Positions 13,745 through 26,535 of a DNA stretch of 64,000 nt are shown piece by piece (the stretch's first letter is position 1; each line of letters begins with the position of its first letter). Under the pieces are notes generated by a model. That model saw only the letters and a list, made by a program, of their open reading frames with translations, was not told where the DNA came from and did not search any database. The translations under genes were made by a program, and so were the position numbers. Source of the DNA: the human T2T-CHM13v2.0 reference genome, Homo sapiens; assembly GCF_009914755.1 (NCBI RefSeq), contig NC_060948.1; one strand, written 5' to 3'.

Positions 13745-13913
13745 CCTTCTTTCTCTCTCTCTTTCTTTACAATCTATCTATATCTGTCTATTCATCTAAC
13801 ATCTTTGTCATCTACCTAATATTTATCTATATCATTCTAATTATGTCTCTTCTAACTATATAACTATGTATTATCTATCAATCTTCTACCTATCATCTTT
13901 CTAGCTAGCTATC

Positions 13914-13961
<48 letters not shown>
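13914..13961. repeat. (ATCT)12 STR, probably DYS533
   Basis: 12 units counted; flanks CATCTAACATCTTTGTCATCTACC and TGGTTGAGTTAAGAACTGATCA match the recalled DYS533 amplicon ends. Confidence 0.85.
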
Positions 13962-13964
<3 letters not shown>

Positions 13965-14634
13965 ATCTATCATCTTCTATTGTTTGGTTGAGTTAAGAAC
14001 TGATCATGAATAAATACATTTCATTGGTGATCTCTACTTACAGCCATGAAATAACAGCGTGCTGTAAGTCAGTAAGCCACCCTCTTTGGGAGTTGTTCCA
14101 CACTCAAAGCTTTTGGATGCAAAAAGGCAAGTTAATTATATTAGCATTTTTCAAGCTTTCCATCTCCTCTAACTGGTGTTTCCAAAAGCTGAATCTGAAT
14201 AGATTAATCATCATTTCTCATTTGGGCTAATTAGTGCATATAATTAATTAATATTCTTACTTTCTAAATGCTATGAGTTTTTCACCGTCCCTCCCATGTA
14301 TTATAACACCTGATTGTCATAACCACATTTTAAATTGAGATGAGCAATATCAATGAAAATAATATTTTACACATCACTGTGTCTGATGTGCCTTCTCCAA
14401 AATTCTGATCAAAATGCCTGCAAAAATACAAGTGAAAAATCCAAATAACTACAAAATGTAACCATTATTTATGTGTGAAAATTGAGAGATAAATATAAAG
14501 CATATATGTATCCTATTAAAAGGTATGTGAAGGATATCTATTTTGTAGTCAGATATGTATGTAAAAACATTGAATGTACAGATGTCAGAGAAAACTCAGT
14601 GTGAAACAGAGAGAATATAAATTTCTCTTCAAAA

Positions 14635-15590
14635 CCTTTTAATGGATACATCATAGTTGTACATATTTATAGGATACTTGTGATAATTGATAGAAGCATA
14701 CAAGGTATAATGACCAAATCTAGGTAAGTGTGATATCAATTACCACCAACATTTATCATTAGTGTGTGTTGCGAACATTTCAAATATACTCTTCTTTCAA
14801 TTTTGAAATAGACAATAAATGATTAATTATATTCATCATATTGTGCTACCAAGCACCAGATTTTATTCCTTCTACTTAACAGTATTTTTGTACCGTATTA
14901 ACCAATCCATTTTTCTTCTGTCTCCTCACTACCCTCTTCAGCCACTGGTGACCACTATTCTACTCTCCACCTCCATGAGATCCACTTTTGTAGCTTCCAC
15001 ATATAAGTTAGAACATGAAGAATGTGTGTATCTGTGCCTGGATTATTTTACTTAACATAATGTTCTCTGGTTCCATTCATGTTGTTGCAAATGACAGAAT
15101 GTCCTTTTTTCAAAGGTGGAATAGTAATCCATTGTGAATATACACTACATTTTATTTATCCATTCATCCACTGAGAGACACTGAGGTTGATTTTGCATCT
15201 TAGCTATTGGGAATAGTGCAGAAATATGAGTATAAATAAATTAACCATCATTTCTTAATCTGGCTAATTAGTGCATATGATTAATGATTCATATTCATAG
15301 TTTCCAAATGCTATGAGTTTTTCCCAATTTATCACCTGTATTATAACACTTTATTATCACAACCACATTTTCATATTGCGATCGACAATATCAATGAAAA
15401 TAATATTTCACACATCACTGTCTTTGATATATGCTGCATCATAAGCAGGGGGTGCAGGTATCCCTTTGATATATTGCTTTTCTTTCTTTTGGATAAATAT
15501 CCAGTGGGTGGATTCCTGGATCATATGGTAGCTCTATTGTTAGTGTTTGGAGGAAGCTCTGTACTGATTTCCATGGAGGCTGTACTAGGG
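14635..15590 (-). mobile_element. Old L1MA-type 3' end, interrupted at ~15220-15432
   Basis: GTTCCATTCATGTTGTTGCAAATGACAGAAT...TTATCCATTCATCCACTGA...GGATCATATGGTAGCTCTATT. Confidence 0.8.
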
Positions 15591-15981
15591 ATGCCAAGGA
15601 GAAAGGATGAGTGGTTGTTTCCTCTCAAGACTACATAAGTGAATCAATGACTTGGTGATGAGTGATGTATGGTTTCAGAAGGCCAATAATCTTATTTGGA
15701 GACCACTATGGTCATAGAACAATTTCTGTTAACTGAGTGCAATAAGGAATATCTTTGAATGGTTATAAAATATACTATCTGACATACTTTGCATCAACCA
15801 CTCATGAGGTTGGATAATGGGTCTCGCTCAGTTTAGGGATTTGTTATAGACTTAAAGACTTGCAGTGGACACTTTAATACTCTCAGCAGAGGCTCCTCCT
15901 GCACCTACATGGCACGATCCTTCCCTTCTCCCCAGGCCTTTCAATTCAATGCCTGTGAGGGTTGTTTAAGAACACTCTCCT

Positions 15982-16302
15982 AGCTGGGACTGGTGGCTCA
16001 CACCTGTTGTCCCAGCACTTTGGGAGGCCAAAACAGGTGGATCAACTGAGGTCAGGAATTTGAGACCAGCCTGGCCAACATGGCAAAACCCAATCTCTAT
16101 TTAAAAATATGAAAAGTAGATGTATTTCTTATATTATATTAGTTGTATTTCTTATATTATTAGGTGTGGTGGTGTGCCTGCACCTCACCTACTTGGGAAG
16201 CTGAGGCAGGAGAATCATTTCAACCTCTGAGGTTGAGAGATAGTGCCACTGCACACTAACCTGGGCAACAGAGCAAGACCTTGTCTCAAAAAAAAAAAAA
16301 AA
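15982..16302 (+). mobile_element. Alu (S-type) with disrupted linker
   Basis: Both Alu arms and poly-A present. Confidence 0.88.
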
Positions 16303-16408
16303 TCATTCTCCCCATCAAAATTTCTGCGGACAAGTGTCTTCTGAAACTTGATTTCCCAGGGAACCCTAAGATCAATGTAATGTAGATAATTTTATGATTT
16401 TTAAATGT

Positions 16409-16410
<2 letters not shown>

Positions 16411-16460
<50 letters not shown>

Positions 16461-16748
16461 TTTTTTGAGATGAAGTCTCACTCTGTCACCCATGCGGTAG
16501 TGCTGTGGTGGGATCTCAGTTCATTGCAAGCTCCACCTCCTTGGTTCATGCCATTCTTCTGCCTCAGTCTCCCAAGTAGCTGGAACTGCAGGTGCCCACC
16601 ACCACACGTGGATAATTTTTTTGCATTTTTAGTAGAAATGGGGTTTCACCATGTTAGCCAGGATGGTCTCAATCTCCTGACCTTGTGATCTGCCCACCTC
16701 GGCCTCACAAAGTGCTGTGATTACAGGGGTGAGTCACTGCACCCGGTC
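16411..16748 (-). mobile_element. Alu (Sc/Y-like) with adjacent (TA)n tract at 16412-16455
   Basis: TTTTTTGAGATGAAGTCTCACTC...GTGAGTCACTGCACCCGGTC. Confidence 0.9.
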
Positions 16749-16931
16749 ATATTTTTATATAATTCTTTACGCTGATAGTACTAGTCAGCTTGGGTTGCCA
16801 TTACAAAGTTCCACAGACCAGGCTGCTTGAATAACAGACATTTATTTTTCTTGAATCCTAAGACCGGTCTAGTGTAAATAACTTTATGATTTTAAAATGC
16901 ATTTTATTTTCATATAATTATTTATGCTCAC

Positions 16932-17650
16932 AGTACTAGTCAGCTTGGGCTTCCATAACAAAATCCCACAGACTGGGCTCCTTGAACAACAGACATTTAT
17001 TTTCCCACAGTCCTGGAGGCGGGAAGGTCAAGATCTAGGTGTGGGCAAGGCTAGTTCCTTCTCAGGCCTCTCTCTTTGGCAGGTAGAGACCATCTTCTCT
17101 CTGTGACTTTGTATGATCATCCATCTGTGCATGGTGTCTGTGTCCTAATCTCCTCTTTTTTTAAATTTTTATTTGTTGATACAGGATCTTACTCTGTCCC
17201 CCAACCTGTAGTGCAGTGACATGATCATGGCTGACTATAGTCTTTGCCTCATGAGCTCCGGTGATCCTCCCACATTAGCCACCCTAGTAGCTGGGACTAC
17301 AGATATGCATCACTATGTCCAGCTAATTTTTTTGTTTTTTGTATTTTGTGTAGAGACAGGTTTCACCATGTTGTCCAGGCTGGTTTCGAACTCCTGGACT
17401 CAAGCAACTCAGCCTCCTCAGCCTCCCCAAAAGCTGGAATTACAGGCATGAGATACTATGCCTGGCCAATCTCCTTTTCTTAAAAGGACAGCAGTTCTAT
17501 TGGATCAAGTTCCACCCTAGTGACCTTATTTTACCCTAATCACCTTTTCAAAGACACTATTTACAAATATGGCCACATTAGAAGGTCTTAGGGGTTATGA
17601 CTTCAATATACACATTTTTTTTTTCTGGAAACACAATTCATTCCATAGCA
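16932..17650 (-). mobile_element. MLT1-type MaLR LTR containing an antisense AluJ (~17155-17467)
   Basis: CCATAACAAAATCCCACAGACTGG...AACAACAGACATTTATTTTCCCACAGTCCTGGAGGC...ACACAATTCATTCCATAGCA. Confidence 0.8.
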
Positions 17651-18414
17651 CCTAACAGTGACTAAAATGTCTTTTTGAATTTCCAGTTTTCCTACCATAT
17701 TTTAAGACACTGGGTCCTTCATCTGGAAAAAACAAATTAAAAAGAGCATTGAAATGAGATTTCAAAGTAAGACTTTAAGAAAATAATGCAACTTATACAT
17801 TTACTATCAATTATCTTCTATATTATATATGTTTATATAATATTTTCACAGATATATGTACACAAATTAGTGTAGATAGACTAAATATACAGATGTTCAT
17901 TGTTTCATTTCAGTATCTCATCTGCATTTCAAAAAATACATTCATCCAAATGTGCATATTATATGAATTCCAGAATGCATATTTTCACTTACTCACTACT
18001 GAGAAGTTGTAAAATAATTTGCAGTTTAATGACATTTGCGTGAAAGACTCCAAACATATGTTGTTTACATTGGACAGGGAAGAAAGAAAATTCATCAGCT
18101 TTAATCTCATTTGAACCTAATTGACTTAAACTGTAAGTTTACTAAATTTAATATAAATGGTTCTGAAAATGTTTTCAGGTCTTCATAGATGGTACTAGAA
18201 GCGACAAGAAAAGATCAACATTTTTAAACTAAATAGGTCTGGGAAGGATTATTTCAAGATATGACATGCTACTGACTCTCAAATTTCCAGAATTGTCCTT
18301 GTAAAGATAAGAACTCTTCATGGATTGGATAGGATGCATAAGATTTTCTTAGCAAATATTTCAGTGAGAACTTTGTTTTCCTCCATGCTGCACATTCTTT
18401 TTGTTCAGTTTTAT

Positions 18415-18852
18415 TTAATTTTGAGGCAGGCTCTCATTCTGCCTCCCAGGTTGAAATGCAATGGAGTGATACTGGCTTACTGCAGCCTCGACTTCCTGTG
18501 CTCAATCAATCCTACTGCCTCAGCCCCTACAGTAGTCGGGACTACAGGCATGTTCAATCACACCAGGATATATGTGTGTATATATATATCACTCTCAAAA
18601 TATATATATAAATATATATTTATAATATATAAATATAAATTTATAATATTATATATATTATATAATATAAATTTAAATATGTATATTTATATATAATATA
18701 TTTAAATATTTATTAAATATTTTTAAAAAATTTTAAAATATTAAATATATTTATATTTAATTATAAACATAATTATAAACATATATAAATTTATAATATA
18801 TAAAATATATATTTATATATGTATGTGTATGTGTGTGTGTGTATATATATAT

Positions 18853-18903
<51 letters not shown>

Positions 18904-18943
18904 TATATATATATGGCAGAGACAGGGTCTCTCTATGTTTCCC
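18415..18943 (-). mobile_element. AluJ remnant with ~350-bp AT/CA-rich expansion in its linker (18568-18915)
   Basis: Alu right arm to ...CACCAGG, then low-complexity TA, then resumes GCAGAGACAGGGTCTCTCTATGTT. Confidence 0.8.
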
Positions 18944-19094
18944 TGTTAAATGCTGCATGTTCTGCACATTCTCTTTAACAGTCTTACATTGTGGCTTTTC
19001 TTTCTGGCTGAAAATGTATCAGTTTCCCCAGATGCTGACTCTAATATCCTTACATGCATTTTCAGTTTGTGCAATGGCACATCTTTGCAAAACT

Positions 19095-20440
19095 AGTGTT
19101 ACTATCAAAAAGACAAGAGACAACAAATGATGATGATGTGGAGAAAACGGAACACTTGTGCACTGTTGGTGAGAATGTAGATTGGTGCAGCAACTATGGA
19201 AAATAGGCAAGAATGCAGATTGGTGCAGCCATTACGGAAAACAGTATGGAGGTTGCTAAAGAAATTAAAAGTAGAATGACCATATGATAAGCAATCCATA
19301 TTCTTGGTATACAGTCAAAGGAGATGAAATTATCTTGTAAAGATATCTGTATTCCTATGTTCACTGCAAAATTATTCACAAGAGCCAAAATCTGCAACCT
19401 ATCTTTCTATTTTTGATATATCTCCCTTTTCTATCTCCCTAATCTATTTCTTCTATTTATCTATCTATCCTCTATCTCCCTACCTATCTCTATTTGTCTA
19501 TCAATCTATCAATGTATCTATCTATCTTATCACCTATCTCTCTACCTGTTTTCTATCTGTCTAATCGTCTATTTATATCTTTCTACCTATCATCTGTCTA
19601 ACTATCTATTATCTATCTATAATCTATCTGTTTATCTAGTTTATCTAGCTACCCTATCTATTTATGTATCAACTATGTGTCTACCTATTTATCCATCTAC
19701 CTTATCTATCATCTATCTACCTAGCTTATCTATCTACATCTATCAACATACCTACCTATCTACATTTCTAATCTATGTATCCATCTAATCTATTTATCTG
19801 TCTGATACCTATAGTGTTTATCTCTCTTCTATCTACCTATCTCTCTCTATCTGTCGTCTATCTCTCTCCATCCTTCATCTATCTCTCTATGTACCTGATC
19901 TATCTATTTGAAACTATCTGTGCATCTGTTGATCTATATTGGAATATTATTCAGCATTATAAAAGGAGGCAATCTTCCCATTTGCCATAGCATGAATGGA
20001 TGAATATGCTAAGGGAAATGAACCAGATGCAAAAAGAAAATATTGCATGACCTCACTCCTATATATAATCTAAAAGAAATAACCAATCAATCAAAAAATA
20101 GGGAAACATACAGAAATAGGGAATAAAGCCGTGGATATCAAGGGCAAGGCTCTAGAAGGAACTGTGGAGATTTAGCTCAAAGGTTACAAAGAATCAGATA
20201 TGTCAAATTAATAAGCCTAGATATGTAATGTACATCATGAGGTCTACAGTTAATAAAATTGCATTTCATTAGATATTTTGTCAAACAAGTAGATTTTAGT
20301 TGATCCTGTCACTTAACTGTAACTGTGTAAGATGATAGGTATGTTAGTTTGCTTCACTATAGTAACCAACTTACTATCTATAGGTATCCCAAAACCTCAT
20401 TATGTGAACCTTAAATATACAAAATAAAATCTATTTAAAA
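19095..20440 (+). mobile_element. L1MA-type 3' portion interrupted by a degenerate (TCTA)-rich tract (~19398-19935)
   Basis: GATGTGGAGAAAACGGAACACTTGTGCACTGTTGGTGAGAATGTA...GGAATATTATTCAGCATTATAAAAGGAGG...AAAATAAAAT. Confidence 0.8.
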
Positions 20441-20714
20441 TGGAATAGTATTTTTAAAAAACCCCAAAGGCACTGAATATAAGGATCTAAGAGGGTTGAA
20501 ATGATACAGACAGACACAAGAAGAGCAATAATGTTCTGTGGGTAGCTGTGGAATGTGTGTGTTTCCTCTTCCAGGATTGTGTTTCACACATGCTTGGGGG
20601 ATCCTTCTCTGTACCTGCACTGTTCTGATTTTCAAATATTTCCCCCTTAACAGGAACCACATATATTTCCTTTAGAGTCATGCATTGAAACAATGTTTCC
20701 TGGACAGTCACACT

Positions 20715-20832
20715 ATGTTCACAGCTATAATCCCAGCAGGAGGCTTAGGAGGGAGCATCATTTGAGGCCAGGAGTTCACGACTAACCTGGTCGACATAGC
20801 AAGACCCCATAGCTGCAAAAAATAAAAAAGAA
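20715..20832 (+). mobile_element. FLAM / Alu monomer fragment
   Basis: CTATAATCCCAGCA...TTGAGGCCAGGAGTTC...AGCAAGACCCC plus A tail. Confidence 0.7.
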
Positions 20833-21538
20833 ACGATGCTTCCTGTATTTTTCATCTGGGTAGACAGGAAAGACAACTAAGAGGAAGGATGTTGATGTTT
20901 AACCATATTCTCTGACATGCAGGGCATTAAGGTGGCATGAAATCCATCTTGCCCACCAGAATTAATGTTTTTTATTTTATTGTAAATGCAGAGCATGTCC
21001 AATTGTCCATAATTAGCCAAAAGAGGAACCAATGCTAAGTACCACTTTTTCAGTATGCTACTAAGAAAAAATCTAATATATGTAACATGAATTATCCAAT
21101 TTGTACTTTTTCAGTGCTAAAATTGATCAACTACAGACCACTTACATTATACTTGCTTTGTAAGGAAAAAAAAATAGATTTTTATTGAAGACTACTAAAC
21201 ATGCATAGTTCCTCTGATGAAGCTGAATTTCTATACCTGAAATTAGTCTAATCAAAGAAATATCATCTTGGTATAGCAAATACAAGTGACTTGTCTCCTA
21301 ATTTCACACATCATCATCTCCCTGTTTGCTAGTGATATGAAATTAAGCTAAGAAATCTGAATGAATTCATGTCAGTATAAATATTAACAATGTATTTTTC
21401 TTCAGAAATACATTTCATAAATATCTATTTCTTTGTGTTGAACTATCTAAAGATATTTTAATTTTGTTATGAATATCTTACTTTTGTATCTACTGTAATT
21501 GACACATCTTGTATACCCAATAAATAGATAATTATTCA

Positions 21539-21905
<367 letters not shown>

Positions 21906-22099
21906 GAAAGAATGTAAACCTAATAAGCAACCACATTTTGGAGCCAAATTTCTAAATATGATTCAGTTTTACATCTATAAGCTTTACTGTACACCCAAAT
22001 GAGAAATCTATATTTTTGTCTTGTGAGTCAAATGTAGAATCAAAATAACTGAACTGGGGGGTATTTATCATTTTTACATTCAGAAAGTATAGTAATTCA

Positions 22100-22375
<276 letters not shown>

Positions 22376-22789
22376 TTAGACTCTTTGTCAATGAGAAACA
22401 AACAATTCCTACTTCTTGGTCACTGAGAAACAACCTTAGAATGTTACTGAATATATAATTTTGGTTTGCTGAAATAACTTTGGTTCCCAGGAACTTTTTA
22501 AGACACAAAAACATAAATCTAAGTGCTCACAGGTATTATCTACAGGTTCTTTTCAGGAAAGTACCTCCCAAGGATATTGAAGGATATGCCATTAAAATAC
22601 TTCCTAAAACTAAACATTTAAGTTAAATATATTTTCATTCAAAGATGTCTTTTCTTGAACTATTAAATATATGAAACAGTGTTTGTTTCTATGATTATGT
22701 TCATGGATAAATAAATATTTTTAAACCCTACCATATGCAACTTTATTTTATTACAGGATATGTATATGCAACTGAATCACTATAATTTC

Positions 22790-22927
22790 TTTTTTATTTT
22801 TAAAATGATTGAGATAGGGTCTTACAATGTTGCCCAGGCTTGTCTCAAACTCCTGGGCTCAAGCAATCTGCCTGTCTCATTCTTCCAAAATGCTGAAATT
22901 GTAAGCATAAGCCGCTGCACCTAGCCA
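22790..22927 (-). mobile_element. FLAM / Alu monomer
   Basis: GAGATAGGGTCTTACAATGTTGCCCAGGCT...CTCCTGGGCTCAAGCAATC. Confidence 0.75.
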
Positions 22928-22980
22928 GGTATTTTAAGTTACTTAAAATTTATTGAAGTGCATGTATGAAAAACTATACA

Positions 22981-24227
<1,247 letters not shown>

Positions 24228-26149
24228 TGATTGTACATAACAGTAATAATTTTGTTTAAATCTTTATGAATATTTAAGTAATGGTAAAAAGAAAAAATAC
24301 CTTAAATGTTAATTTTTGTTTTCATAATTTTAGTAGATAACGCTGTGTAAACTGATATGCACAGTGTGATTCTTCATTGTTCAGCAATAAAAAATCTTTA
24401 TCCTTTCGACAGAAATATATCTTATAAAGTATTGCATATGTAATATAATTAATTGCATATATATACACAGACATACACACAGCTGTATATAATTTATTCT
24501 TTTAATATTTTCAATGTACTTATGACATACAGAAATGTTGGAGGAAGTTATTGTAACATTTTCTCAATATTTTACCCAAATAAAGTGAGAAAAAATTAGA
24601 GAATATTTAAATAGAAGAGTAAGTATTTACTTAATCATTTAATAAGGCAATATTCAAACATCATCTAAAAGCTAATTTCCCAGCAAACTTCATTTTTTAC
24701 TCCAGGATGATAGGTTTATTCAGACCCTAGTGTTTTAGTGGAAATTATGACCTTTGAAAATGGGTAGATCTCAGCTCAAAAATGGACATACTTATTAGAT
24801 ACGTGGAGTTGGCAATTGCCTAGCAATCTATGAACTTTATTTTTCTGACTTCTAAACTAAATATCTCTATTGGCCAGATGTATTACACAATAAAAGGAAT
24901 TGCAATACTAAATTGAGAAGAAAATTTTTATTTTTAAGAAATTCAAAATTGATATGATACATATCGTTCTTTGGAGAGACAGAGAGACATCTATGAAAGC
25001 AATCTTAGTATGTTTCAGTGTTTCCATTTGGTTCAAAATTAATTGAGGAATTGCCATTGAAAGTAATAAAAGTAATTGAAGGTGATAGAAGTTTTTAACA
25101 TATATGTAAGTTCTTTTTTATTTACAAGTTTGAAAAATAATTATCTTTTTAAATGACTCTGATAACAAAAGGTCATTCAAAATTAGACTCCAGAAAGAAA
25201 GAAGAAAGGTAAATACTAACATTTGAAATGTCAGGTATCTAGTTTTCTCTTTCTATTTCTGTGTTGTTTTTTTTTTCTTTAATTGGACCTTAAAAGAGAT
25301 TGTCTTGAGATAATTAATAACAAAACAAAAGCAACAAAAAAGGGGCCTTTTCAGGTTCTTTGATTCTAGATATTGAAGATATCTGTCTTCTTGTTTGGTG
25401 CTCAAAGGATTATAGGGTTGTGAAGTTTTTATGAATTTATCAGTTGAATTGGACATTGAATTGCATTCTCCAAAGGCCAAACACATAAATAACATGTAGC
25501 AGAAGGAGTTATTTATGTGGAACATGAACTTTGACAGAGCCACATACATAAATAACGTGTATCAGAGGTAGTTATTTATGTGGGAGATGAACTTTGACAG
25601 AGTCCCACTTGCACTTTAACTAAACAAGCAGTTAATGAGTGGGAAAAAAAAAGTAAAGCTGAAAGGAAACATGCCAATAGACAGTGGAACACTTTTAACT
25701 GCAGTGTTTTGTAATTAAATGTCTGGTTGGTTGGAGTAGAGAGCTTACATTTCTGGGAGGTTGACCGTAGCATGGGTTGATGAGTCTTACACCAGAAAAT
25801 ATTTATTTGAAAGGTTAGGAAGAAAAAAATAATTCCCCAGACATGCAAAGGCTACCTTTTAGCAAATTAGTGTCTAAAACACAAGTGGTTCACAGTTCAT
25901 AAATGTGAAGACAGTACTGTGGATAGATTTATAGATAATTAATTATGGTGTTATCTATTTCTACTGCTTTTTCAAAGGAGTTTCTAAACCACAAAAACAT
26001 TGGTTTTGCTTATTGTTTGGCCCAGATCCAAGGTCATTTTCTTTATGAAGGTTTTTCCTAAGACCCTGAGAAGCACAGATCATATATAAACATCTACAAA
26101 ATTACCTGTAAATTGTTTATTCTGTAGGATATTTTACCAGTGAGATGGT

Positions 26150-26535
26150 AAAAAAAAGATTTGTAGGTCCTATAGTAGCTTGTCTAGAAAAACAAGAGAA
26201 AATGGGGAGATATTTATGAAAATATGCAAAATTTCAGGAATGCAGAATGATGAAGTTCTGAAGATCCAATCTATAGCATAGTAACTATAGTTAAAAATGT
26301 ATACTCAAAATTTGCTAACAGAGAATATATTAAGTGCTCTCATCCCCTTTTTCTCACACACACAGATACACACAGGTAATTATGTCAGGTGGTAGCTGCA
26401 TTTTCCTTGATCATGGTAAGCATTTCATATTTCACAGTGTATAGGCATATCAAAATATCACGTTGTTCACATTACCTACATACAATTTTTATGTGTGCAT
26501 TATACTTCAATAAAACTGTAGGGAAATAAAAAAAT
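26150..26535 (+). mobile_element. Old L1MA/MB 3'UTR fragment
   Basis: AAGTTCTGAAGATCCAATCTATAGCATAGTAACTATAGTT...AAATTTGCTAACAGAG...ATACTTCAATAAAACTG. Confidence 0.7.

Noticed and set aside
12299-13863. Stacks of overlapping ORFs
   Set aside because: Stop-free low-complexity CT/TCTA tracts; the same applies to 39887-40300 and 63506-63823.
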